A DNA stretch of 64,000 bases from Spirochaetaceae bacterium (GCA_051531975.1 JAOPTT010000008.1:32001-96000); one strand, 5' to 3'. Positions 39,167-49,627 are shown, numbered from the stretch's first letter. The notes: a model not told the origin generated them from the letters alone. Translations and numbers: made by a program.

Positions 39167-40339
39167 CTAAAGCCCGTTTTGCTTCTTCTTATTTTTGTTT
39201 TTATACATATCAATATCAGCAATTTTAATTAAATCCTCGGCGTTTAAGATATTATGATCTTTAAGTTGTGCATAACCAAAACTAATTGAATGTTTTATTT
39301 GTCCATTATTTATAGAGGTAACATTTTCTGAGATTCTTTCCAGTATTAACTTTGCTACAGAAATATCGCCATTGATGATTAGTACAAATTCATCACCACC
39401 ATATCTAAAAGCTGCTTCACTATGTCGTAATCCACTTTTAATTGCTTGTGCTATTGATTTAATATACTCATCACCAATTTTGTGTCCAAGTTTATCATTG
39501 ATGTGTTTTAGTCCATCTGCATCAATAAAAGATATAGTTAGTGGATCATTTGTTCTTTTAGATTTTTCGAACTCTTTAGACAATAACAGTATCCCAACTC
39601 TTTTATTGTAAAGGCCTGTCATCTCATCATATGAAGCTAACATATCCAAATAATGCTCATTATCTTTTATTTCCTGAAATGTTTTTTTCATCTCTTTCTC
39701 AACGGGAACAAAAATGAAAAGTGCTTCAAATAAAAGCAGGCAAAATGTTATTAAAAGAAGAATTATTTCAAGTTGTTTAATTTTTTTGAGTTTGTTTGTA
39801 GCTTCAAAATCATATTGAAATACTATGTCATTCATCCCTTGTAAGAAGATCGATTCCTGTTCTAAAATATTAGTTAAGAATTCATTAATATTTGTATCGT
39901 TATTATGATAGGATTCAATAATTAAATTAGTATTAATTATTATTATATTATATGGGTCTTTGATTTCCGAAAACATTTGAATAACTATTGGACTATTATT
40001 AGCTTCTATGCCTAATAGAACTGATCCTTCTTTTAAAGCTTTGTCCGAGGTTCTCCACAATTCTAATGTATTAGTAAGTTCAATAATATATTTTGCCTTG
40101 ATAAAGTTATCAGAATTGTTAGATAATGCTAATGCTGACTTCGTAATTTTTTGGCTTAACATTCTTTGCCTACCTGCTATATTTATAACTCTAGCAGAAT
40201 CTGTATTTTCATCCAGAGCGACCTGGATTAAAACTTGGCTTATTATAATTAATAATGCAATTAGACCTAAAGCTGTGGCATATCTTTTTCTTAATAGAGA
40301 TGGAGTAAACTTATAATTACTATTAATTATTTTCATCAA
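39167..40339 (-). CDS. Diguanylate cyclase with PilJ/NarX-like sensor domain
   Basis: INIAGRQRMLSQKI sensor motif between TM helices; DEMTGLYN, RYGGDEF. Confidence 0.9.
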   Translation of the reverse strand: MMKIINSNYKFTPSLLRKRYATALGLIALLIIISQVLIQVALDENTDSARVINIAGRQRMLSQKITKSALALSNNSDNFIKAKYIIELTNTLELWRTSDKALKEGSVLLGIEANNSPIVIQMFSEIKDPYNIIIINTNLIIESYHNNDTNINEFLTNILEQESIFLQGMNDIVFQYDFEATNKLKKIKQLEIILLLITFCLLLFEALFIFVPVEKEMKKTFQEIKDNEHYLDMLASYDEMTGLYNKRVGILLLSKEFEKSKRTNDPLTISFIDADGLKHINDKLGHKIGDEYIKSIAQAIKSGLRHSEAAFRYGGDEFVLIINGDISVAKLILERISENVTSINNGQIKHSISFGYAQLKDHNILNAEDLIKIADIDMYKNKNKKKQNGL

Positions 40340-40386
40340 ACAAAATCCTTATAAACACATTTAAATACTATATAAACAACATTGTA

Positions 40387-41784
40387 TTAAAACAATTTTA
40401 TTAGATATACATTCAGTTTGTTATCTTTACCTTTAACACTAATCTCTATTGGTTCATTAAAAGATATTTTATCTTTTAATTCATCATATATATTATCTTT
40501 TACTAAAACTTCACCTTTGCCAGCTGCACTGCAAATTCTAGCTGCGGTATTAACATTGTCACCAATAACTGTAAAATCAGCTCTATCTTGGGAACCTAAC
40601 ATTCCTAAAATAACATCTCCCCGATTTATACCTATACCAACCATTAAATTCCCATACTCTTTTTTAGATTTAAGTTTTAATTCTTTTTGGATTTTAATTG
40701 CAGCATTACAAGCTCTTTCTTCCTGATTTTCACCGGTGAATATTGCCATAATTTCATCTCCGACATATTTATCAATATCACCACCTTCACTTTTTATTAT
40801 TTGAGTCTGAAAATTTAATATTTTGTTTAAATCCCTAACAACTTCCCTTGGAGTATGTTTTTCAGAATATGAAGTAAAACCTCTTATATCACTAAAAAAG
40901 AGGGTTAAATTTACCTGTTCACCATCATCATTAGAACCAGATAGGGATTTAATTGTAGATTCCGAAACATATTTCGAAAGTTCAAATCTCTCCATAAGTC
41001 CCTCAGACATTTTATTAACAGTATTCCCTAAATCTCCAATTTCATCATTACTATTTATTTTTACTCTATTTGAAAAAACTCCTTTTGTTACAGAGTTACA
41101 AACTTCACCAATTCTTTTTATAGGATTTAATACACTTTTATGAATAAAGGTTGTTAATATTAATAACAGTGCCAAAACTATAATTGGAAATATAATTACC
41201 GATGTTATAATTCCAGTTTTTTTCTCATTTTCTGATTCTGTAATATTATTAGTAATTTCAATTACACCCCTAATAATATGATCTGAGCCGTGGCACTTTG
41301 CGCAACTAGCTAGGTTTCTAAGTGGTCTATATACTTTTACAAATGATTCATTTTCTACTTTAAAATCCATGAAACTTATATGGGTTGGTAGATCATCCCT
41401 CATAACTCCAGAGGTATAAATATCATCACGCTCCTTAAATACTTCTTTTTTGAGATTTTTATTAACCTGCATTATTGTTTTATTATCCGTAAAAGCATAG
41501 GTTCCATCACTTCGGTATAGTTTTATTGTAAAGTATGGGTTTGCTTCCTCTAGATCACTTAATAATTTCACAGCTAAAGGAGCTTGACCTGGTAACATAA
41601 AGTTTTTTATAGATGTATGCAGAATTTCAGACTGTTGCTCTATATTCTTTTTAGTGTCCATATCGATGGTAGTATATAAAGATCTAAAGAGTATAAATAT
41701 AACAATCCCTACGCCGAGGATAAGAGTTACTGAAATAATTGTATTAATTTTTTTTGATATAGGTTTATATTTTGATTTTTTCAA
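40387..41784 (-). CDS. HAMP-containing class III adenylate/guanylate cyclase with periplasmic CxxCH
   Basis: CAKCH between two TM helices; HAMP (DEIGDLG); FSDIRGFT, DKYVGDEIM, GDNVNTAAR. Confidence 0.9.
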   Translation of the reverse strand: MKKSKYKPISKKINTIISVTLILGVGIVIFILFRSLYTTIDMDTKKNIEQQSEILHTSIKNFMLPGQAPLAVKLLSDLEEANPYFTIKLYRSDGTYAFTDNKTIMQVNKNLKKEVFKERDDIYTSGVMRDDLPTHISFMDFKVENESFVKVYRPLRNLASCAKCHGSDHIIRGVIEITNNITESENEKKTGIITSVIIFPIIVLALLLILTTFIHKSVLNPIKRIGEVCNSVTKGVFSNRVKINSNDEIGDLGNTVNKMSEGLMERFELSKYVSESTIKSLSGSNDDGEQVNLTLFFSDIRGFTSYSEKHTPREVVRDLNKILNFQTQIIKSEGGDIDKYVGDEIMAIFTGENQEERACNAAIKIQKELKLKSKKEYGNLMVGIGINRGDVILGMLGSQDRADFTVIGDNVNTAARICSAAGKGEVLVKDNIYDELKDKISFNEPIEISVKGKDNKLNVYLIKLF

Positions 41785-41928
41785 GACATTACTCCATAAT
41801 CTATTATACTACTAAACTCAGTGAGCTCTCAATCTTATAAAATAATAATTTTATTCTTAGATAATTAAAAATTGATGAACCATTATTTAAAACGGTATAT
41901 AGTATAAAATATACAAAAAGGAGTACTC

Positions 41929-42372
41929 ATGGATACAAGATCAGACATTGCAAAAGAATCATTTGGTCCAAATTGTAACTGTTCACAAGCTGTTTTTACA
42001 TCATATTGTGAAGAATTTGGTATATCAAAAGAGTTTGGATTAAAACTTTCTATAGGTTTTGGAGGGGGTGTAGCACATAATGGGGAAATTTGTGGTGCTG
42101 TATCTGGGGCAATCTTAGCTATAGGATTAAAATTTGGAAATTCTAAGGATGAAACATATAAAATAATTAATAAATATACTAATAAGTTTAAATCAAAAAA
42201 CAAAACTTTAAATTGTTCAGAACTTCTTGGATATAATTTAAATAAAGAAGAAGAACTAATAAAAGCAAGAGAGTCTGGTATCTTTTCAAACTTATGTCCA
42301 AAATTAGTAAAAGATTCAGTTGAAATTTTAGATGAAATAATTATTAATTATGAAAGTCAAACCGATTTATAG
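41929..42372 (+). CDS. C_GCAxxG_C_C family redox protein
   Basis: NCSQAV...GFGGG...CGAVSG...C...C. Confidence 0.9.
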   Translation: MDTRSDIAKESFGPNCNCSQAVFTSYCEEFGISKEFGLKLSIGFGGGVAHNGEICGAVSGAILAIGLKFGNSKDETYKIINKYTNKFKSKNKTLNCSELLGYNLNKEEELIKARESGIFSNLCPKLVKDSVEILDEIIINYESQTDL

Positions 42373-42374
42373 AT

Positions 42375-42893
42375 ATGAATTTAAAACTATCAAACCGACA
42401 ATTAAGTATTAGACCTATATCGGTAGAGGATATCCAAGATGTTTATGAACTTTATTCTTCTAACAAGGTTTGTAAAGATTTTGATATAAAACCCTATACA
42501 ACTCTACTTGAATCAGAAAATCAGATTAATAACTGGATAAGATTATCAGAAAATAAAAAACAATATAGATATGCAATACTATTAAACAATAAGTTCATAG
42601 GAACATGTGGTATTTATTCAATATATTGGCATCAATCAAGAGTATCAATTGGTTATGATTTAAAACCAAAACATTGGGGACAAGGTATAATGACTAGTGT
42701 AATAAAAATATTTTTATTACACATAAAAAAAGAATTTAAATTAAATAGAATACAAGCTACTGTAAGACCAAATAATATCACTTCAAAAAAGTTATTATTA
42801 AATAATGGCTTCGAATATGAAGGATTATTAAAAGATTATGAGAAATGGAACGACCAATTTGTTGATCTAGAAATGTACTCTTTATTAACCTAG
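42375..42893 (+). CDS. RimJ/RimL-type GNAT acetyltransferase
   Basis: IGYDLKPKHWGQGIMT...NITSKKLL..NGFEYEG. Confidence 0.88.
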   Translation: MNLKLSNRQLSIRPISVEDIQDVYELYSSNKVCKDFDIKPYTTLLESENQINNWIRLSENKKQYRYAILLNNKFIGTCGIYSIYWHQSRVSIGYDLKPKHWGQGIMTSVIKIFLLHIKKEFKLNRIQATVRPNNITSKKLLLNNGFEYEGLLKDYEKWNDQFVDLEMYSLLT

Positions 42894-44399
42894 GAAAAGC
42901 TTATAGGCATCATCATCTGTTTTTTCAACATAGTTATACCCAACCTTATCTAAAACAGAAATTAGTTTACTTTTTTCCCCTATATTATAATGTAAACCAA
43001 TTAGACCTTTACCAATGATACTCCCCTCATTTCTATAGTGAAACATTGAGATATTCCACCTATCCCCTAATAATTCAAGTAAGTCCATAAGTGCACCTGC
43101 TCTTTCAGGAAAATCTATAGTAAATACAGCTTCTTCTTTTATTGATGTTTTATGCCCACCAACCATATTTCTAACATGACGTTTAGCAATACTGTTTTCT
43201 GTTAGATTTTTTACAATGTAGGACTTTGATTCTAATCCAGCTATAAGATTATCCAACTCTCCGTCTTTTCTTTTAATTTGAACACCTGCTAGAATTGTTG
43301 CATCTTCATCTTTAGCAAAACGGTAGTTAAATTCAGTAATACTATGTTCACCTATAACTCTACAAAACTCTCTGAAGCTTCCCTTCTCTTCTGGAATTGT
43401 AACAGCTAATAAAGACTCTCTTCTCTCTCCAAACTCAGAGACTTCTGATATAAACCTTAATTTATCAAAGTTAACATTAGCACCACTTTCTATTGCTAAT
43501 AAAGTTTGATTAGATAATCTGTTTTCTTCTGCATATTTTTTTAAACCAGCTAAAGCTAATGCACCAGCAGGTTCAGATATGGATCTTGTATCTTCAAATA
43601 GATCTTTAACAGCTGCACAAATTTCATCGGTTGTAACTGTTACAATACCGTCTATACACTCTTTTAAAAGCTTAAAAGTCTCTTCACCAATCTGTTTAAC
43701 AGCGACACCATCTGCAAAAATACCAACTTTTTCTAATATTACTCGGCTATTGTTTTCAAAAGCAGCTTTTAAACATGCCGATTCATTAGATTCAACAGCA
43801 ATAACTTTTATTTCAGGTCTTAGGTATTTGATATAAGTTCCAACACCAGCGGCTAATCCTCCACCACCTACAGGAATAAAAATTGCATCTATATTCTCAG
43901 AATATTGTCTAAGAATCTCCATGCCGATTGTTCCCTGCCCTGCAATTACCTCTGGGTCATCATATGGGTGAATAAATATAAAACCATTTTCTACTTCTAA
44001 TTGTCTAGAGTATTCTAGTGCATCGTTAAAATCATCACCATATAGTATTACATTTGCCCCATGTTCTTTAACAGATATAACTTTTATCTTTGGTGTAGTT
44101 TTAGGCATGACTATAGTAGCTTCTATACCTAAATATTTAGCAGCAAGTGCTACACCTTGGGCGTGATTTCCCGCAGAGGCAGCAATGACTCCTTTGACTT
44201 TTTGAACCTCTGTAAGCTGATTCATTTTATTATATGCACCTCTAAGTTTAAATGAAAAAACCGGTTGTAGATCTTCTCGTTTAATTAGAACCTTATTATT
44301 TATACGTTTACTTAAAAAAACAGCACTGTCTATTGGGGTTTCAATTGCAATATCGTAAACCTTAGCTGCCAGTATTTTTTTTATATATATATCACTCAT
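42885..44399 (-). CDS. ilvA: Threonine ammonia-lyase, biosynthetic
   Basis: KREDLQPVFSFKLRGAYN, ASAGNHAQG, two C-terminal regulatory domains. Confidence 0.97.
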   Translation of the reverse strand: MSDIYIKKILAAKVYDIAIETPIDSAVFLSKRINNKVLIKREDLQPVFSFKLRGAYNKMNQLTEVQKVKGVIAASAGNHAQGVALAAKYLGIEATIVMPKTTPKIKVISVKEHGANVILYGDDFNDALEYSRQLEVENGFIFIHPYDDPEVIAGQGTIGMEILRQYSENIDAIFIPVGGGGLAAGVGTYIKYLRPEIKVIAVESNESACLKAAFENNSRVILEKVGIFADGVAVKQIGEETFKLLKECIDGIVTVTTDEICAAVKDLFEDTRSISEPAGALALAGLKKYAEENRLSNQTLLAIESGANVNFDKLRFISEVSEFGERRESLLAVTIPEEKGSFREFCRVIGEHSITEFNYRFAKDEDATILAGVQIKRKDGELDNLIAGLESKSYIVKNLTENSIAKRHVRNMVGGHKTSIKEEAVFTIDFPERAGALMDLLELLGDRWNISMFHYRNEGSIIGKGLIGLHYNIGEKSKLISVLDKVGYNYVEKTDDDAYKLFLG

Positions 44400-44481
44400 G
44401 TGGTAATTCCTTTAGAATTGTTTAAATCATACTATCTCTCTTTAAAAAAAAAATAAAGAGAGATAAAATTGAGTAATATGT

Positions 44482-44518
44482 AACCTAGAAGTTAATTACA
44501 TATAAGAACTTCTAGGTT
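44482..44518 (-). terminator. Hairpin at end of AOR/ADH operon
   Basis: AACCTAGAAGTT-N13-AACTTCTAGGTT. Confidence 0.6.
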
Positions 44519-44540
44519 TAGTATAAATTTTCTTTTATTT

Positions 44541-46154
44541 CTAGAAAGCATCTTCTAAAATTTTTATTATATCATCAAATCTCAGTTCTCTAGGATTGTA
44601 TACTATAGATCCATCACCTAAAGCTGTCTTGGCAATAGCCTCAAATTGGTTTGGTTTTACTAAATGTTCACCATCTCTATTTTTTACTTCCGAAAATTTC
44701 AGAGGATGACGGCCATTTGTTAGATCATTTAGCTTAATATTCATACCTTTTATAATTTCAATTGCAGAAAATTCTGTAGAATCAGTTGATAGTGCATTTT
44801 TTAATTGTCTCAACTCGTCGGTAATAACTTTAGCATTATACTCTAGACCATAGGGTAGTAAAATAGACATGCATGTACCATGGGGAACATGACATACAGA
44901 GCCAATAGAGTGCCCGATTGTATGTACCATTCCAACCATAGAGTTAGAAAATGCCATTCCAGCTAAGTTTGAAGCATTTGCTAAAGCAGCTCTATGTTCT
45001 AAATTTTTTGGATCCTTCATCATAGGTATTAGATGATCCCTAATCAGAGTAATTGATCTCCAAGCTAGCTGATCACTTATTGGATTTTTTCCTAAACAAG
45101 TAAAAGCTTCCACAGCATGAGAAAGTGCATCCATAGTAGTCATTGAGCTTAAAAAAAGTGGTAGTGAAGCTGTTAAACGGCTATCTAAAATAGCATAATC
45201 AGGTTGAAGGTGATTTGAATTAAAAACATTTTTCCTCCCACTAATTTTATCCGCTATCACTGCAACTTTAGTTACCTCAGAGCCAGTTCCAGACGTTGTT
45301 GGTATGCAAACAAATGGAGTATTCAATTTGGGAATTATTCCAGAACCACTGTACTTTGAAAGGTTTTCTGTGCCCAAAGAGACATTTAAATATACACCTT
45401 TAGCTGTATCCAATACAGAGCCACCACCTAATGCAATTATTCCATCCCTATTTTCTTCATTAAAAATATGACTTATCTTATTAACAGTATCAGTATCTGA
45501 GTCCGGTGGGATATCTTTAAAAACTGTAATATCCTTCTTTTTTAATTCATCTTTTATTAGATCTAAAAGTCCAACAGATTCAATTCCCTTATCTGTTAAA
45601 AACAATGGTGATTTAACATTCAATTTATTGAGTAGAGGACCTAGCTCATGCAAAGAGTTATCTGCTTTAAGTACAGATGTACGGCAACTAAAAGTAAATG
45701 CTTTGGGTATAATAAAATTACATGGAAAATCTATGTCAGCATCCACTGTAGTTATATAGGCTTTAAAAAAGTTTTCCAAAATAGTTGATTTTCTACATGA
45801 AACAACTTTTGAATCGATAACTATATACTCAGAAAGAGGCTCTTTTATACTATCTATATCTGTTAATGAGAGTGGAATCAGAGCTTTTGGTCTAATATCC
45901 TGGGAATATTCTTTTACAAGTTCAGAATCACCCATAATAATCAAAAAATCATAATCATTAGATGGAGTATTTGCTTGAATATTAATACCTGAAGTATATC
46001 CAGGAATTAGAAGCTTCCCAGTTTTTATAGCTTTCTTTTTGTTTTTATCATTTGTTATAATTATAGGATTTTTAACTTTCAATAAAGCCATTTCTGAACT
46101 TAACTGAGCCATCATACCACGACCAAAAAGAATTGTACCTAAAGGTTTTGTCAT
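44541..46154 (-). CDS. Iron-containing alcohol dehydrogenase with ~150-aa N-terminal extension
   Basis: GGGSVLDTAK, PTTSGTGSE, DALSHAVE, HTIGH, HG; start at ATG 46154 (GGAGG; ATGA overlap with the upstream stop). Confidence 0.9.
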   Translation of the reverse strand: MTKPLGTILFGRGMMAQLSSEMALLKVKNPIIITNDKNKKKAIKTGKLLIPGYTSGINIQANTPSNDYDFLIIMGDSELVKEYSQDIRPKALIPLSLTDIDSIKEPLSEYIVIDSKVVSCRKSTILENFFKAYITTVDADIDFPCNFIIPKAFTFSCRTSVLKADNSLHELGPLLNKLNVKSPLFLTDKGIESVGLLDLIKDELKKKDITVFKDIPPDSDTDTVNKISHIFNEENRDGIIALGGGSVLDTAKGVYLNVSLGTENLSKYSGSGIIPKLNTPFVCIPTTSGTGSEVTKVAVIADKISGRKNVFNSNHLQPDYAILDSRLTASLPLFLSSMTTMDALSHAVEAFTCLGKNPISDQLAWRSITLIRDHLIPMMKDPKNLEHRAALANASNLAGMAFSNSMVGMVHTIGHSIGSVCHVPHGTCMSILLPYGLEYNAKVITDELRQLKNALSTDSTEFSAIEIIKGMNIKLNDLTNGRHPLKFSEVKNRDGEHLVKPNQFEAIAKTALGDGSIVYNPRELRFDDIIKILEDAF

Positions 46155-46606
46155 AAAACAGCCTCCCATTTTTTAACAGCTTTTTTAGCAATAAACCTGG
46201 GTAATAATAAGATTTCAACCTTATCCATAAGACGGATAAAGGTACAGGAATGTGGTAACTCACCTTTTACTGTAAGGCGACCATTTGCTTCACTTTGACA
46301 TGTACCTTCCTGAAATGATAACAGATACCATGCTGCTTCTATACTTTTTAGTGATACTTTCATATCCAAATCTAATGAATTCCTAGGAATCTGTTTTAAC
46401 CTGTTAGAAACACGTTTAAAAGCCACTGATGGCCCTGATGGCCATACCCCAAAAGAGAATGTAAAGTTTTCTGGAAAATCAGAAATCACTGTTCTAACAG
46501 TTTTTTTTCTACATGCAATTGCTGGAATAAACCAGCCTAAAACTGCAAAAACTATTCTACAATACAAAGTTTTAAATCTTCGTTTAGATGGTCTTATAGA
46601 AGTCAT
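46151..46606 (-). CDS. Hypothetical protein, possibly SCP2-like fold
   Basis: 151 aa, tightly coupled in the operon; ANGRLTVKGEL resembles the SCP2 C-terminal motif. Confidence 0.7.
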   Translation of the reverse strand: MTSIRPSKRRFKTLYCRIVFAVLGWFIPAIACRKKTVRTVISDFPENFTFSFGVWPSGPSVAFKRVSNRLKQIPRNSLDLDMKVSLKSIEAAWYLLSFQEGTCQSEANGRLTVKGELPHSCTFIRLMDKVEILLLPRFIAKKAVKKWEAVL

Positions 46607-46607
46607 T

Positions 46608-48488
46608 TTATTCTCCTGTATTCATTAATTTAGCAAGTGCAATATCTGTAGGTCCACCATTAGCACCATACTTTCTTTTTTTATAATATTGTTTAACCAT
46701 TTTTTTAATTGGTACAACTGTATTTTTACCCTTAAAAGCAGTCTCTTTTTCAGTTGTAAAACGTTCAGGAAGAGTATCGTGCTCTGCTTTATGCCCCATT
46801 TGAACATTCATCCAACGCTCTAACTTGTTTACTCTCTCACCAACTTTAATAAATCCCCATTTACCCATTTTAATACCTGTTATAGACCAAAAGTATTTGC
46901 TTAAAATACTCCAATCCATTAGTGCCATAGCGATTTTAGGCATCGTAATTGTTGCGACTTTAAGAACAAATTTTGGTAGATATTTAGGAATTACTGGCTC
47001 TGTCATAATACCAAAAACAGAAAATAGACAAACTTGTAATGAGTTAACACCTGAGTATAGATCTTCCATAAAAATAACCCAATCTGCTTTTCCCATAGTA
47101 ACATGTGGTGGCATATAACCCATATGTTGCTCTAAGGCAATTAAATAAGAGCCTAAATGGCATCCACCTTTATTATGAACAGCATATCCTAAACCATGCC
47201 CCCAGCTTGAACGAGGGTCGTATGCTGCAACCTCTATACCTTTTACATGGATTGCAAAATTTGTTCCACCATACTTTTGACTTAAATTACGGGAACCTAG
47301 AGCTAAATCAATACCTTCTGCCCTAAGATAAGCAATATCATTCAAAATACCTTCAATATTATCAAACTTTCCAAACTGTAAAGAAGTTTTACGTAGTCCT
47401 TTTTCTCCAGCTTCCATAGCCCATGAAAGTGTTCCACCACAAGAAATAGTATCCATTCCCAGTTCATTCATTACATCATTCCACTTGCCAATAAGATCAG
47501 GATCATAGTTATCAATATTACTACCAAACATACCAACAGTTTCATATTCAGGTATTTGTCTTAATTTACCATCTGGATAATGCCCCTTATGACCACATAA
47601 AACTGAACAATGTCTGCATGATGAGTGTCTGGTTTTATATTTTTTAGCCATTAGTTCACCAGAATTATTAATTATATCTGGATGATAACGGTCTTTAAAA
47701 TTGTGTACTGGTGCAAAACCTCTTTCCATACCAAGTTTAACATTACTGTTTGTACCATATAGTCGATAATCCTTTGTCATTTTATTCCGTAAAATATATT
47801 TTTTTGCTTTTGTTACAGTTTTATTAAAAAATTCAGGATAAACAGGTTCATAACTTACTTCTTTACCTCTAGCAACAATAGCTTTTAACATTTTAGAACC
47901 CATAACAGCACCAACTCCACCACGACCAGCAAAACGGTGACCAGAGCAAATATTTGCATAAAGAACTCTGTTCTCTCCTGCAGGGCCTATTACAGCGACA
48001 CCCTCTTTTGGACTAAGTTTAAGTGATTCTTGAACCTCGTGTGTTCCTTGACCCCAAAGTTCTGTAGCAGATTCAAATGTAACACCATCTTTATCTATTC
48101 GCATTGTAGTTGGAGAACTACAACACCCAGAAATAATAACTCCATCCCAACCTGCAGTTTTACATGCTTCACCAAAATAACCACCACAAGATGAACCAAC
48201 CATAAGACCAGTTAAAGGAGAACGTGTTACAACTTCAAATCGTCCAGAACATGATGCTCCAGACGTTAACATGACTCCCATAGAAAATATAAGTAGATTA
48301 TCGGGACCTAAAGCATCAACAGTTCCTAATTCCTCTTTAGTAAAACGATCATAATATATTTTTAATGCTAAACCCTTACCACCAATATATGATTTCAGGT
48401 CGTTTTGACTTACCTGATAAACACTCCAGGTTTGATCTGTAAGATTTACATCTAAATATCTATTTGAAGTACCCTTAATTATTTCCAT
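46608..48488 (-). CDS. Aldehyde:ferredoxin oxidoreductase family protein
   Basis: IGGKGL, SPLTG, IGPAGEN, GRGGVGAVMGSK, CRHCSVLC, PEYET, DTIS, GGCH. Confidence 0.93.
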   Translation of the reverse strand: MEIIKGTSNRYLDVNLTDQTWSVYQVSQNDLKSYIGGKGLALKIYYDRFTKEELGTVDALGPDNLLIFSMGVMLTSGASCSGRFEVVTRSPLTGLMVGSSCGGYFGEACKTAGWDGVIISGCCSSPTTMRIDKDGVTFESATELWGQGTHEVQESLKLSPKEGVAVIGPAGENRVLYANICSGHRFAGRGGVGAVMGSKMLKAIVARGKEVSYEPVYPEFFNKTVTKAKKYILRNKMTKDYRLYGTNSNVKLGMERGFAPVHNFKDRYHPDIINNSGELMAKKYKTRHSSCRHCSVLCGHKGHYPDGKLRQIPEYETVGMFGSNIDNYDPDLIGKWNDVMNELGMDTISCGGTLSWAMEAGEKGLRKTSLQFGKFDNIEGILNDIAYLRAEGIDLALGSRNLSQKYGGTNFAIHVKGIEVAAYDPRSSWGHGLGYAVHNKGGCHLGSYLIALEQHMGYMPPHVTMGKADWVIFMEDLYSGVNSLQVCLFSVFGIMTEPVIPKYLPKFVLKVATITMPKIAMALMDWSILSKYFWSITGIKMGKWGFIKVGERVNKLERWMNVQMGHKAEHDTLPERFTTEKETAFKGKNTVVPIKKMVKQYYKKRKYGANGGPTDIALAKLMNTGE

Positions 48489-48900
48489 TTTGAACCTCCA
48501 TAATTATTGCATCAAACTGACAATTATCTAAACACCAGTTACATGAAACACATTTGTTTGGATAAGCTAAAACAGCATAATTATCATTAAGAGGTAGATC
48601 TTCAGCTTTCATAGTCAAGGCATCTACTGGGCAAGCAACAACACAATTTTCACAGGCGTAACATTTTTTAACAATTATAGTTGGTTTAAGCCACTCTGAC
48701 TTTTTTAACCGAGGTACCAGATCCCCTTGCTCAGTTTCTATAGAATCTTTTGGACATACTCTTCCACACGAACCACAATCGATACATAATTTATAATCAA
48801 TTACATGCAAAGATTTTTTATCTCCAGTTATAGCGGTTGTTGGACATACTTTTTTACAAGCACCACAACCAATACAAGTTGAAATGATATTATGAGCCAT
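48475..48900 (-). CDS. 4x[4Fe-4S] polyferredoxin
   Basis: Four CxxCxxCxxxC motifs. Confidence 0.93.
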   Translation of the reverse strand: MAHNIISTCIGCGACKKVCPTTAITGDKKSLHVIDYKLCIDCGSCGRVCPKDSIETEQGDLVPRLKKSEWLKPTIIVKKCYACENCVVACPVDALTMKAEDLPLNDNYAVLAYPNKCVSCNWCLDNCQFDAIIMEVQNGNN

Positions 48901-48978
48901 TAGAACTCCCTTAATAATTTAGATATTTTAACTATAATATGGTTATGGCTAGGTGACAACAATCAATTATACGTCATA

Positions 48979-48994
48979 TGTCTACTAATAGACA
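48979..48994. promoter_or_regulatory. Candidate TetR operator
   Basis: Palindrome TGTCTA-CTAA-TAGACA between the divergent ferredoxin and TetR genes. Confidence 0.5.
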
Positions 48995-49036
48995 CTATGT
49001 GGAGTTATGACTATTATTACAGTGAATTGAGGTAAA

Positions 49037-49627
49037 ATGAGAACAGAAAAACAGGATAGACGTATACGTAAAACAAAAAAACTATTACGAGATTCACTTG
49101 TAGAAACTCTACAAAGTAAAGAACTCACCAAAATAACAGTAAGAGAACTATGCCAACATGCTGATATTAATAGAAGTACATTCTATCTACACTACAGAGA
49201 TATATTTGATCTTTGGCGGCAATTAGAAAATAAAGTAGAACAGGACTTAAAAGAAATACTTAGTAGTTTTTCTCCCAATTCCATAATAACTAATCCCCTA
49301 CCTCTATTATTAGAGATTAGTAAGCTATTAGAAGAGGAAAAAGAATTTAACAAATTGTTATTTAGTAGCCGAGAATCAATAATTTTTCTTGATCAATTAA
49401 AAGAAGACTTCATTAAATATTTTATGGATGAAAACCAAGACTTAATAAAAAAATCAAAGGATAGGGATTTTGAATTTTATATCACATTTGCAATTTCTGG
49501 GATATTTTCTCTTTTTACAAAATGGTTTGTAGAAGAGAAAGACTTCCCCTTAGAAAAACTAGCCCATACGATAGAACAACTTATATTTCAGGGTGTCGGA
49601 GATTTTTTAAAAAATAGTCAATCTTAA
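49037..49627 (+). CDS. TetR/AcrR family regulator
   Basis: DRRIRKTK...ITVRELCQHADINRSTFYLHY. Confidence 0.92.
   Translation: MRTEKQDRRIRKTKKLLRDSLVETLQSKELTKITVRELCQHADINRSTFYLHYRDIFDLWRQLENKVEQDLKEILSSFSPNSIITNPLPLLLEISKLLEEEKEFNKLLFSSRESIIFLDQLKEDFIKYFMDENQDLIKKSKDRDFEFYITFAISGIFSLFTKWFVEEKDFPLEKLAHTIEQLIFQGVGDFLKNSQS

Noticed and set aside
44433..44465. TATCTCTCTTTA/TAAAGAGAGATA palindrome as an ilvA attenuator or T-box
   Set aside because: No Ile/Leu/Val-rich leader ORF or T-box motif, and the gap is too short; it may be an operator or second terminator but is unsupported.
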